Source of the DNA: Fimbriimonadaceae bacterium
Lineage (GTDB): Bacteria; Armatimonadota; Fimbriimonadia; Fimbriimonadales; Fimbriimonadaceae
Assembly (NCBI GenBank): GCA_046314495.1
Contig: JBKBWO010000005.1
Coordinates: forward strand, 12,818-76,817
Reading direction: 5' to 3'
DNA length: 64,000 nucleotides
Under the pieces are notes generated by a model, which searched no databases, was not told the origin of the DNA, and saw nothing but the letters and a program-made list of their open reading frames with translations. The number at the start of each line of letters is the position of its first letter. Position 1 is the stretch's first letter. Of the stretch, positions 55,471-64,000 are shown piece by piece. Position numbers and translations under genes: made by a program.

Positions 55471-56483
55471 TGGACTCCTTGAGCGACTATTGTTACCATT
55501 TGCCCGAAGAGCTGATCGCCCAGCAGCCTCTCGAGGACCGCTCTTCTTCTCGTCTGCTTTGGCTGCATCTAGACTCGGGTGAAGTGACGCATCACCACTT
55601 TAGGGACCTTACGACTCTTCTGAAAGCTGGCGACCTGCTGGTTGTGAATAATACGCGGGTGAAGGCGAGAAGACTTTTCGGCGTAAAGTCTACGGGCGGC
55701 AAAGTGGAAGCTCTCTTGCTGTCCCAGGAGAGCCAAGGCGTGTACCGAGTGCTCTGCAAACCAGCTTCGAGCATTCGAATAGGCACAACAATCCACTTCG
55801 GTAAAGAACTTGATGCCACCGTCATCGAAGTAGAAGAGAGCGGCGTGAGGCTCTTTGACTTTGGTACGGCACCTGAGACCGAGAACCAGATCAACTCGCT
55901 CGGCGAGGTTCCGCTGCCTCCGTACATCACGGAGCGACTGAAAGACGAGGAACGGTACCAGACGGTCTACTCCTCAACAGGCTTCAGCGCGGCAGCGCCA
56001 ACTGCCGGGCTGCACTTCACTCCGGAAGTGTTCTCAGCGCTCAACCAAAAGGGCATAGGGCGGGCAGAGGTTTGCCTTGATATCGGGATCGACACTTTCC
56101 AGCCAATTCGCTCGGAAACGCTGGAGGAGCACAAGATGCACGGAGAAACTTGCTTGATTTCAACGGAGACCGCAGACGCTGTAAACCGAGCCAAAGGAAG
56201 GGTGTTGGCGGTGGGGACGACCGTGGTGAGAACCCTAGAATCCATGGCAGACCCAGAGGGAAAAATTCACCCGGGCGAGAAGGTGACCAGACTATTCATC
56301 CAGCCGGGATACCGCTTTCGGCGAGTGGGGGGAATGATTACCAACTTCCATATGCCGGGCTCGACGATGCTGGTCATGATCTCGGCATTTGCTGGCCGAG
56401 CGGCAGTCCTTCGCGCCTACGAAGAAGCGGTGGCTAAACAGTACAGATTTCTCTCTTTTGGCGATGCCATGCTAATCTTGTAG
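55467..56483 (+). CDS. queA: S-adenosylmethionine:tRNA ribosyltransferase-isomerase
   Basis: YHLPEELIAQQPLEDR, PLPPYI, PTAGLHFT, VGTTVVRTLES, FHMPGSTMLV, FLSFGDAMLI. Confidence 0.95.
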   Translation: MMDSLSDYCYHLPEELIAQQPLEDRSSSRLLWLHLDSGEVTHHHFRDLTTLLKAGDLLVVNNTRVKARRLFGVKSTGGKVEALLLSQESQGVYRVLCKPASSIRIGTTIHFGKELDATVIEVEESGVRLFDFGTAPETENQINSLGEVPLPPYITERLKDEERYQTVYSSTGFSAAAPTAGLHFTPEVFSALNQKGIGRAEVCLDIGIDTFQPIRSETLEEHKMHGETCLISTETADAVNRAKGRVLAVGTTVVRTLESMADPEGKIHPGEKVTRLFIQPGYRFRRVGGMITNFHMPGSTMLVMISAFAGRAAVLRAYEEAVAKQYRFLSFGDAMLIL

Positions 56484-56541
56484 AGCGAAAAGAGCAAGTT
56501 TGGCGGCCAAATTTGAATAAACTCCTTCGTCTGTTCTACAC

Positions 56542-57066
56542 ATGTCCAAAAAATTTGACCCTCTGAAGTACATCGAAAGTGCGTTTTTGGATCAGCCGGA
56601 GAAGAAGAAGCCCGCATCGCGCAAGCCCAAGTCCGATTCCAAAACCAGGTACCGCAAGACTGCGATGAGCGCCCCGCGCCCGAGGCGAAAGTCGGGACCA
56701 AAGCCGGAGGTCTTCGACGATGAACTGGCAGAGATGTGGAAGAAGCTGCCTGCGAACTTCGAATTCCTTCTGGTGAACTACGACGACTCGGTGACCCACA
56801 ACTACTACAATAGCGACTTCAAGGAGTCCCGAACAGCGCTGATCCGAAGGTTGCTCGATCCGGAATTGACGCTGGCTGAAACCAGTCGGCTCCTGGGGGT
56901 TTGCCCTGCCACCGTGCGTAGGTACACGAATAAAGGTTGGTTGGAGCACGTACGTACTAAGGGCAAGCAACGCAAATTTAGGCTGAGCCACCTGGCAAAA
57001 TTCATCGAGACCTATGGCAGGTTGCCAGAAGAAAGTACGACAAGAGAATTGGCACCGGAGCCCTAG
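56542..57066 (+). CDS. Basic protein with C-terminal excisionase/MerR-type helix-turn-helix
   Basis: Lys/Arg-rich N-terminus, then LTLAETSRLLGVCPATVRRYTNKGWL...KFRLSHL. Confidence 0.6.
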   Translation: MSKKFDPLKYIESAFLDQPEKKKPASRKPKSDSKTRYRKTAMSAPRPRRKSGPKPEVFDDELAEMWKKLPANFEFLLVNYDDSVTHNYYNSDFKESRTALIRRLLDPELTLAETSRLLGVCPATVRRYTNKGWLEHVRTKGKQRKFRLSHLAKFIETYGRLPEESTTRELAPEP

Positions 57067-57087
57067 TTTCCGAAGGAAGAACGATTA

Positions 57088-58284
57088 TTGAACGACCGAC
57101 CGCTGAAAGTCGCCCTGTTTTCGGATAGCTACTATCCGGTTCTTAACGGCGTCAGCGTCAGCATCGGTTCACTCGCCGAGGAGCTCCGCGCACTCGGGCA
57201 CTCGGTCCACATCTACACCAGCAACCATTCACGACAACGAGACGAAGACCCCAACATTCACAGGTTTATTTCACGTGAGTTTTGGTTTGCGCCTGATTAT
57301 CCGCTGGCGGTGCCACCGTTTTTCATCCACCTTAAGGGCTTCCGCTCTGTTGAGTTTGATGTGGTTCACACTCACACCCCCTGGACCGTAGGGTTTGTCG
57401 GACTTCGATGGGCGCACAGCCACGACCTACCCATCGTCTCGACGTACCACACGCTCTATGACCGATATGCCCACCATGTGCCGCTGCTACCGAGGCGGTA
57501 CATTCGATTCAAGATCGCCAAGCACACGAACTACTACTACAACCGCGTCAACCACGTGATTACGCCTAGCGAACTCGCCAAGCGGTGGCTTCGGCGCCAC
57601 AGCGTCAAGACGCCGATTACCTCGATTCCCAGCGCACCGCTTACAATCCAACACACTGACCGAAACGTCGCTCGGCAACAGCACGGAGCGAGACCGGATG
57701 AGTTCATCTTGCTTTACGTAGGGCGAATAGACCGAGAAAAGAACCTGGAGACGCTACTAAGGGCGGCGAAAATGGTGTTCTCTGAGTTCGCGAACACCCG
57801 CTTGTGGCTGGTTGGCGATGGCCATTACCGGTCGGAGGTGAAGCAAATGGTGAACGCGCTGGGTATAGGAGACCGCGTGAGGTTTTTCGGGGCAGTGCCG
57901 AGAAAGGATATCGACAGCTACTATGCCGCGGCGGATCTGTTTGTTTTCCCGTCGTATTCAGAGACCCAAGGGCTTGTGGTTCGAGAGGCGATCAGCCACG
58001 GGCTTCCGGTGGTTTTGATTCAAGGTGGCGGAGCCAGCGAGTCGATTACCCACGGTGAAACCGGCTACCTAGTGAGGAACGACCCAGCAGCCTTTGCCGA
58101 AGGGATCAATACCGTGATTCAAGACGAGCAGCTTCTGACTACCCTTACGATGGAAGGGCTCAAGCAAGCTCGAAACTGGACCCCTAGAGCGGTCGCCCAG
58201 CAGGTGGAAGCGGTCTATCGGTCGGTGCTCAATGAATCACCGCCAAGCAACCTAGAAGTCGTACCCAGCCGGGTCGCGGCTTGA
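57088..58284 (+). CDS. Glycosyltransferase family 4 (GT-B, GT1 superfamily)
   Basis: KVALFSDSYYPVLNGVS, E-x7-E region PSYSETQGLVVREAISHGLP. TTG start preceded by AAGGAAG. Confidence 0.85.
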   Translation: MNDRPLKVALFSDSYYPVLNGVSVSIGSLAEELRALGHSVHIYTSNHSRQRDEDPNIHRFISREFWFAPDYPLAVPPFFIHLKGFRSVEFDVVHTHTPWTVGFVGLRWAHSHDLPIVSTYHTLYDRYAHHVPLLPRRYIRFKIAKHTNYYYNRVNHVITPSELAKRWLRRHSVKTPITSIPSAPLTIQHTDRNVARQQHGARPDEFILLYVGRIDREKNLETLLRAAKMVFSEFANTRLWLVGDGHYRSEVKQMVNALGIGDRVRFFGAVPRKDIDSYYAAADLFVFPSYSETQGLVVREAISHGLPVVLIQGGGASESITHGETGYLVRNDPAAFAEGINTVIQDEQLLTTLTMEGLKQARNWTPRAVAQQVEAVYRSVLNESPPSNLEVVPSRVAA

Positions 58285-58320
58285 GCCTATGGGCGAGGTA
58301 AACTCTCTTTTTCAATTTTT

Positions 58321-58755
58321 ATGGAAGAACAACAAGTCAGCACTGCTGCACCAGTCGATGCCGAAAGCGAAGCTCGTGATGCCGCAGCCGCACTCGGACC
58401 AGAGTCAAAAGCAAGACCGCGCCGAAAGAAGAAAATCAGTTTCCTTACACAACATCGAATCGATGTTGTTGACTACAAGGATGTGCCCGTTCTCAAGAGG
58501 TTCATCAACGAGCGCGGAAAGATCCTCTCCAGTCGGCAGACTGGCAATACCGCCAAGCAACAGCGCATGGTGGCTACAGCAATCCGAAGAGCAAGAGAGC
58601 TTGCCCTTCTGCCCTACGTTTCCAAGGACACGAGCAGCGACCGCCGAGAGCAGTACAAGGCGCGCCAAAGAGAAATGGCAGCCTCTGAGCATCAAGCTCC
58701 GGTGGATGCAGAAGTCAAGGCAGAACAGCCAGAAGCAACTGCAGCCGCTGCGTAA
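58321..58755 (+). CDS. rpsR: 30S ribosomal protein S18 with N- and C-terminal extensions (144 aa)
   Basis: Core [53 protein letters not shown]. Confidence 0.9.
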   Translation: MEEQQVSTAAPVDAESEARDAAAALGPESKARPRRKKKISFLTQHRIDVVDYKDVPVLKRFINERGKILSSRQTGNTAKQQRMVATAIRRARELALLPYVSKDTSSDRREQYKARQREMAASEHQAPVDAEVKAEQPEATAAAA

Positions 58756-59718
58756 CTAGCTCAACCCGATCCTCACAAGGTCCTTTAGCATGAGAAGCCC
58801 AACGGGCTTCTCATTTTCTTTTACCGGCATCTCGCCGATCTTCTTGGGGTGAGACTGGAAACGGTGAAGAGCATCTGTTGCTCGCGCTTCGGGCTCGATC
58901 GTGGTGACTTCACGAACCATGATCTGCTCGGCGGTGAAGAGGAAGGGCTTCTCCTGAGCCAGAAAGTGGCGACGGATGTCGCCATCCGAAATAAACCCAG
59001 CCAGATGTCCTTGTTCGTCGACCACGCAAGCCCCGCCGACTCCGGCCTTACTGATGCACCTGAGCACCTCTAGCACCGGGTTGTCCAGCGGAACTACTGC
59101 GAAGTCATCTCCGGAGCGCATTACCTCGCGAACCGTGAGAAGAAGTCGACGACCCAGAGCACCGAGTGGGTGGTTGAAAGCGTAATCATTCTCGCCGAAC
59201 CCCTTCAACTCCATGAGAGCGATGGCGAGGGCGTCACTTAGCGCCAACATCGCAGTAGTACTGGTTGTGGGGGCCAAATTTAGGCTGCAAGCTTCTTCTT
59301 GCACCCCAGTATCAAGGACCACCTGTGCTTGGCGAGCGCAACTGGAGTTCGGTCGACCCGTTACAAGAATCGTCGGCACCTGAAGAGCCTTGAAAATAGG
59401 GAAGAGGCGCAAGATTTCATCACTCTCGCCACTGTGGGTGTACAGCAAGACCACGTCTTGCTCCGATAGAGTCCCAACGTCGCCATGCAAGGCTTCAACG
59501 GCATGAAGAAAGACGCTAACGGTGCCCGTGCTTGCGAAGGTTGCAGCCGACTTTCGGGCAATCAGCCCCGACTTTCCTAGTCCGACGGTCACAACCTTGC
59601 CGCTGCAGTCTCTCATCAAGCGCAGCGCCTGATCGAATGGGTCACCGAGACGCCCGGAAAGAGCCAGAAGCGCCTCGGCCTCATGACGAAGTACCCGAGC
59701 GGCAGTTTCGCTTCCCAT
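58756..59718 (-). CDS. kpsF: Arabinose-5-phosphate isomerase (KpsF/GutQ; SIS plus tandem CBS)
   Basis: GKVVTVGLGKSGLIARK, SGESDE, APTTSTTAMLALSDALA, C-terminal CBS pair. The start is trimmed to ATG 59718. Confidence 0.9.
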   Translation of the reverse strand: MGSETAARVLRHEAEALLALSGRLGDPFDQALRLMRDCSGKVVTVGLGKSGLIARKSAATFASTGTVSVFLHAVEALHGDVGTLSEQDVVLLYTHSGESDEILRLFPIFKALQVPTILVTGRPNSSCARQAQVVLDTGVQEEACSLNLAPTTSTTAMLALSDALAIALMELKGFGENDYAFNHPLGALGRRLLLTVREVMRSGDDFAVVPLDNPVLEVLRCISKAGVGGACVVDEQGHLAGFISDGDIRRHFLAQEKPFLFTAEQIMVREVTTIEPEARATDALHRFQSHPKKIGEMPVKENEKPVGLLMLKDLVRIGLS

Positions 59719-59803
59719 GTCCGAATGGCAAGTGTACATTCACATCAACCGGCTAAGTGAAAACTGGGGTCAAGGGCAACCGCCAACCGGTAACCTAGTA
59801 CCT

Positions 59804-60829
59804 GTGAAAGCCGTTGCCAAGACTCGACCAGAACCGGGTCTTGAATTGATCGAGACAAAAGAACCTACAGTCCTCCCAGGTCACGTCAAGATCGAAGTTC
59901 AGGCGGCCTCCATATGCGGAACCGACCTTCACATTTTTGAGTGGGACGAGTGGTCCTCCGGTCGGATGAAACCTCCGACTATCGTAGGGCATGAATTCTG
60001 CGGACGGGTTATAGAGGTGGGTGCCGGTGTCGAAGGCCTAAAAGCAGGCGACTACGTCGCGTCGGAATCGCACATAGTCTGCGGTAAATGTAAGCAGTGT
60101 CAGCTTGGCCAAGGTCACGTCTGCATCAACACAAAGCTTCTGGGGATCGACGTGGATGGCGGTTTCCGTCGGATTGCGGTGGTTCCCGCAGAAACCATGC
60201 GCCCGACGCCAGAAACTGTGCCTCCGCATGTGGCGTGCGTTCAAGACCCGCTTGGAAATGCCGTGCATACGGTGATGGAAGGACCTGTAGAAGGTCAGAC
60301 TATCTTGATCACAGGTCTTGGACCGATCGGTTTGTTCGCTGTTGCTGTTTGTAAGGCGCTAGGCGCCGCCAAAATCATTGGAACTGAGGTCAACCCACTA
60401 CGAATGGACCTCGCTAGAGAGCTGGGGATTGACGATGTTCTCGATGCGCGGGATTCGAATCTTGCTGAACAGATCCTTTCCAAGAACCCTGGCGGAGTCG
60501 ATGGCGTACTGGAAATGTCCGGACACCCTTCTGCACTCGGTTTAGCGGTTCGAGTGGTACGACCTGGCGGCCGAATTAGCCTGCTGGGGATTTTTGCGGA
60601 ATCAAAGCAAACACTGCCACTGAACGACCTCATCTTCAAGGGTGTAGTGGTTCAGCCGATCGTTGGAAGAAAAATTTGGCAGACCTGGGAGCAGATGGGC
60701 GACCTGCTGAAAAACCGAGGATTGAACATCGAACCCGTAATCACCCACAGACTGCCTTTCGAAGACTTTGCCGAAGGTTTCGACCTTCTGCGTAGCGGAA
60801 AAGCTGGCAAAGTGGTGTTGGAGTTCTAG
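59804..60829 (+). CDS. tdh: L-threonine 3-dehydrogenase (Zn-dependent MDR)
   Basis: ICGTDLHIFEWDEW, GHEFCG, structural-Zn CGKCKQCQLGQGHVC, GLGPIG. GTG 59804 aligns with the N-terminus of E. coli Tdh. Confidence 0.9.
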   Translation: MKAVAKTRPEPGLELIETKEPTVLPGHVKIEVQAASICGTDLHIFEWDEWSSGRMKPPTIVGHEFCGRVIEVGAGVEGLKAGDYVASESHIVCGKCKQCQLGQGHVCINTKLLGIDVDGGFRRIAVVPAETMRPTPETVPPHVACVQDPLGNAVHTVMEGPVEGQTILITGLGPIGLFAVAVCKALGAAKIIGTEVNPLRMDLARELGIDDVLDARDSNLAEQILSKNPGGVDGVLEMSGHPSALGLAVRVVRPGGRISLLGIFAESKQTLPLNDLIFKGVVVQPIVGRKIWQTWEQMGDLLKNRGLNIEPVITHRLPFEDFAEGFDLLRSGKAGKVVLEF

Positions 60830-60844
60830 GCAGTTAGCCTAGTT

Positions 60845-61516
60845 TCACCCGACCATTTTGTAGCCAACACCCCGAACTGTAATGATCCGCTCTGGGTTAT
60901 TGGGGTCTTCTTCAATTCTTGAGCGGAGCCAGCGAACGTGTACGTCGACGGTCCTTGAGGAGACAAATGAATCTCGGCCCCAAACTCGGTCCAGCAAGGT
61001 GTCTCTTCCGAATACCTTGCCGCTGTTCCGCGCCAGGAAGTAGAGCAGAGCAAACTCCCTCGGCGAAAGATCGAGATCGACTCCGTCCATCAGCGCCGTA
61101 TGGCTCTCGGGATCGATTTTGAGGTTGCCGATTTCAACTTTCTCGCTGAATCCGCTCGAAGAAGAACGGCGAAGCACCGCTCTCACCCGAGCCGCCAATT
61201 CAGAGAGGTTAAAGGGTTTGACGACGTAGTCGTCGGCGCCCATCTCGAACGCGTCGATCCGGTCTTGCTCCTCTCCCCTTGCCGTTACAAAGATGATTGG
61301 AGTGGAGTGATCCTTCCGGATGGTCTTGCACAGCTCGAAACCCGAACGGCGGGGAAGCATCACGTCAAGTATCAGGAGGTCGGGCTTTACCCGCTTGAAG
61401 ATGCGCATGCCTTCCTCAGCCGAATCGGCTGTGAAGGTGGAAAAGCCTTCCCTCCGGAGCTTATGCTCCACAGTTTCGAGGATCATAGGTTCGTCGTCGA
61501 CGACCAGGATCTTCAT
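60845..61516 (-). CDS. OmpR/PhoB-family response regulator
   Basis: MKILVVDDEP, LILDVMLP (phospho-Asp), winged-helix C-terminus TVDVHVRWLRSRIE...RGVGYK. ATG 61516 is preceded by AAGGAA. Confidence 0.92.
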   Translation of the reverse strand: MKILVVDDEPMILETVEHKLRREGFSTFTADSAEEGMRIFKRVKPDLLILDVMLPRRSGFELCKTIRKDHSTPIIFVTARGEEQDRIDAFEMGADDYVVKPFNLSELAARVRAVLRRSSSSGFSEKVEIGNLKIDPESHTALMDGVDLDLSPREFALLYFLARNSGKVFGRDTLLDRVWGRDSFVSSRTVDVHVRWLRSRIEEDPNNPERIITVRGVGYKMVG

Positions 61517-61535
61517 TCGTTTCCTTAGCCTAGTT

Positions 61536-62660
61536 TCATGATGCGATGATTTCGACGTTGGCCCTAGGCACGATGACCTCGGAGCCATTACTTAGCTTAG
61601 CTTTAAGTACGCGAACTTCTGTTCCCGAATCAACAACCATGAGCTTTGCCGGAAGATCGGTCACTTTGCCGATTTCGCCGAAGTAGGGCTCGCGGATGAT
61701 TCGAATGGATGTACCGGCGGTCAGCTGCAGGGCGCCATCCTTAACTAGGTGGGCGTCCGCGTCGACTTCCATCGGTACGATGATTTCAGGGCGGATAACA
61801 CCGGCGCGAATCTGTGTCGCTCCGTTCATGCTCGCTTTTTTGCCCTCAAGAGACTGAATGAGGGTAAAGGTGCGCTCTGCCATGTTGAGCGTTCCGAATC
61901 CCTCGGTGACCATTACCGTGATGTTGATCGGCTCCTGCCCAGTGATGGCGACACCGATATCGAAACCGAGGAACCGGGTCAGGTCAACATCCTTGATTCC
62001 ACCAGTTACGATTCCCGCTGCGTTCACCTCAGAAGCCCTCTGAAGGGCCTCGAAAGTCAGCCCACTTCCTCCGATGAGAATGTTGCCCTGGTCATCATCC
62101 CGAACATGGTGAGCGTCTAGCAACTCTTCCGGTGAAGAAACGGCTACCCGAATGGTTCCTGTCCGCTCGCCACCAACTCCAAAGATTCCTTGGACCATGG
62201 CGCCTCTGGTTTCGATGACCGCTCCTTCTTCTGGCAACACTTGAGCTACCTTTCCCTGCATGTAGGCATCGATGTTGATGGGGATCGGAGGTTCTCGAAT
62301 GAGCACGTGTCCCGTGAGCTCGGTAATTGTCTCAACTGTGCCAGTGTAATCGGCAAGAAGTCTCTGCTTACCGAGTCCGAAAATCAAACCTTTGGTCTCG
62401 GCGACCAGCTGCCCTTTTTCGATCGGATCGCCGGGTTTCAGTTGGAAATACTGAACGGCGTCCTTGGGCTCCAGTCCCAGCTTTTCTGCCAGCTTGATCG
62501 TCTGCAAGATGCCGGGAAGTTTTGCTTCCGCAACAACCGAATCTGGTTCGACCTTCTCGCCTTCTTTAACCAGAACCTCGCCCTTAATGGGCAGTCGACG
62601 AACTTTCTGGACGATAACGTCTCCGCTGACGGTCAAGCCAGGTGTATATGCGCTTCCCAA
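61536..62660 (-). CDS. Conserved-looking hypothetical protein with N-terminal barrel-sandwich-hybrid (biotinyl/lipoyl-like) repeats and a KOW-like C-terminus
   Basis: VLVKEGEKVEPDSVVAEAKLPG and LKPGDPIEKGQLVAE hybrid-motif-like segments; a central GGSGL...AAGIVTGG region; C-terminal IGKVTDL...EVRVLKAKLSNGSEVIVPRANVEI. The family was not identified. Confidence 0.6.
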   Translation of the reverse strand: MGSAYTPGLTVSGDVIVQKVRRLPIKGEVLVKEGEKVEPDSVVAEAKLPGILQTIKLAEKLGLEPKDAVQYFQLKPGDPIEKGQLVAETKGLIFGLGKQRLLADYTGTVETITELTGHVLIREPPIPINIDAYMQGKVAQVLPEEGAVIETRGAMVQGIFGVGGERTGTIRVAVSSPEELLDAHHVRDDDQGNILIGGSGLTFEALQRASEVNAAGIVTGGIKDVDLTRFLGFDIGVAITGQEPINITVMVTEGFGTLNMAERTFTLIQSLEGKKASMNGATQIRAGVIRPEIIVPMEVDADAHLVKDGALQLTAGTSIRIIREPYFGEIGKVTDLPAKLMVVDSGTEVRVLKAKLSNGSEVIVPRANVEIIAS

Positions 62661-62743
62661 TCCGTTGAATCCTCTTTCAAAAACAGGTCAGAATGCCCGT
62701 TCGTTCGGAAGTTTATACCGTGAACGGCAGATGCGATTCAGCT

Positions 62744-64000
62744 TCACAGTTGGTCAGGCTCGATACCTACAGGTGCCGAACCTGATTTCGCATCTGCCTT
62801 GAGCTGCTTTTTGGTCGCTGATACCCGCCACAAGACTGTCGGCACGTGTTTCATGCTGGCACCGATCCTGCGAATGAGTTCGCGAAATCGTCCTCGTTCG
62901 ATGAATCGACGCTCTGAGTAAGGCATTCGAGTAGCAATCATGCCTCGTTTTCCGACTAGCCTCAGCCTGAGAGAGAACTCAACATCCTCCGCCCATTTCA
63001 ATGATTCATCGTACATCCCGACTTTGGCGATACAGTCTCGGCGTACGAAGATCATCGTGCCGTACAGGCAGCCTGAGAGGCGAGTCATTAGGTTTTGCCC
63101 CGCCACCCAAAGCATCCCGACCAGGTTGCTCGATTCGTTCCGCAAGTAAGCGGCACCGAAAGATGCCCCTCTTGATTCGGCTGCCATGACGTTTGCCACC
63201 ATGTCTGCGGGAGCAATCGTATCTGCATCCAGCAGAATCAAAAGCTCACCTCCAGCTGCCTCGATTCCGGCATTTCGGGCGATCCCTGCATGTCCGAACT
63301 TTCCGACCACAGTGCAGGCACCAAATTCTTCGGCGACCGCCTCGGTGTTATCCGAGCAGTTGTCGCAAACCACCACAACCTGGAACCCGGAAACAGTCTG
63401 GTCCTTCAGGCTGGTTAGGAGCCTTCGCAGGTACTCGGCTTCGTTGTGAGCGGGGATAACGACGCTAACCCTGCGAGTGGGAGATGGAGTCTTTGGGAAC
63501 GGTAGTCGCTCTGGCGGAATCGTTGTGATGGTGACCAGGTAGGTAGGGTCTTCGAACAGGCTGCACTTGCGGCTCTCGTACACCGTAAAGCCCATCCTCA
63601 AATAGAGCTCTGCAGGACGTTTGGTTGGCGTGGTGAAGAGTGTGCCGCTGAAGCGATCGACGCCACAGTCGCTCATATGGGCAAAGAAGGCGTTCAACAA
63701 CTCTTCTCCAACTCGGTGGCTGCCGCGGTACCGCTCGTCTACGTTGAAATGTGCAAGTGCCGAACCGGTCGGCGTTGCCGGTGTCTCTCTCCACGAGCGC
63801 ACCAGTAGCCATTTGGCAAACCGCTTGCTAGGTGGATGGTGGCGATACTTGCCAGTGAGTTGCCGGAAGGTCAGTAAGCTGATCTCCGGTATTAGCGCCC
63901 CGATTGCACGTGACTTAAATCCTGGCCTAACGCTTCCTACCAGATACCCCACCAGTTTTCCCTCGTCGCAAGCAACGAAACAGGATTCAGGTTCGGTTTC
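62744..64000 (-). CDS. GNAT acetyltransferase fused to a family-2 glycosyltransferase; 5' end lies outside the window
   Basis: The frame stays open to base 64000 (ETEPESCFVACDEGKLVGYLVG...). GNAT motif A is YRGSHRVGEELL. The GT2 part has VSVVIPAHNEAEYL, VVVCDNCSDNT and LLDADT. Confidence 0.75.
   Translation of the reverse strand, partial: ETEPESCFVACDEGKLVGYLVGSVRPGFKSRAIGALIPEISLLTFRQLTGKYRHHPPSKRFAKWLLVRSWRETPATPTGSALAHFNVDERYRGSHRVGEELLNAFFAHMSDCGVDRFSGTLFTTPTKRPAELYLRMGFTVYESRKCSLFEDPTYLVTITTIPPERLPFPKTPSPTRRVSVVIPAHNEAEYLRRLLTSLKDQTVSGFQVVVVCDNCSDNTEAVAEEFGACTVVGKFGHAGIARNAGIEAAGGELLILLDADTIAPADMVANVMAAESRGASFGAAYLRNESSNLVGMLWVAGQNLMTRLSGCLYGTMIFVRRDCIAKVGMYDESLKWAEDVEFSLRLRLVGKRGMIATRMPYSERRFIERGRFRELIRRIGASMKHVPTVLWRVSATKKQLKADAKSGSAPVGIEPDQL

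Noticed and set aside
1-64000. CRISPR arrays, tandem repeats, IS elements, prophage genes and known defence-system genes
   Set aside because: Reading through the intergenic regions and ORF translations, I saw no regularly spaced repeats, transposase/integrase/terminase/capsid-like proteins or recognisable defence genes. Visual inspection cannot exclude short or diverged repeats.

Overview
Gene-dense (about 90% coding) 64-kb chromosomal segment from a bacterium with roughly mid-50s %GC. I call about 59 protein-coding genes, 3 tRNAs, 2 clear intrinsic terminators and 1 strong sigma-70-type promoter. There is no rRNA, CRISPR array, transposase, phage gene or obvious genomic island; the only recombinase is a canonical XerC/D. 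Content is mainly housekeeping: dnaB, purD, rpoB-rpoC, rpoD, trmD-rplS-lepB, rpsR, gcvH-gcvPA-gcvPB, sucD, pckA, hslU, queA, tdh, kpsF, 2-oxoacid dehydrogenase E1 alpha/beta, livHMG, an acyl-CoA dehydrogenase and two NifS-type cysteine desulfurases. The main window-wide pattern is that nearly every normally conserved operon is present only as a fragment: sucD without sucC, hslU without hslV, rpoBC without rplKAJL, rpsR without rpsF/ssb/rplI, gcvH/P without gcvT, E1 without E2/E3, livHMG without livF/livK, prcA-like without prcB, and an unpaired histidine kinase and response regulator. Unrelated genes are nevertheless tightly packed and often translationally coupled. The most unusual individual items are: (1) an ECF-sigma module (GT39 glycosyltransferase, ECF sigma, STN-domain anti-sigma) ending in a membrane-anchored double zinc-ribbon protein whose C-terminus is a ribosomal L7/L12 C-terminal-domain homologue; (2) an imidazoleglycerol-phosphate dehydratase paralogue that has lost both metal-binding His pairs; (3) an orphan bacterial-type proteasome alpha-subunit homologue; (4) a roughly 110-aa charged insertion in the RNA polymerase beta-prime trigger loop; (5) a Doc/Fic-like protein with a degenerate active-site motif directly downstream of an orphan PhoR-like kinase. 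I found no classical defence or mobile system. All functional calls rest on motif recognition by eye in the supplied translations, and no database search was run.
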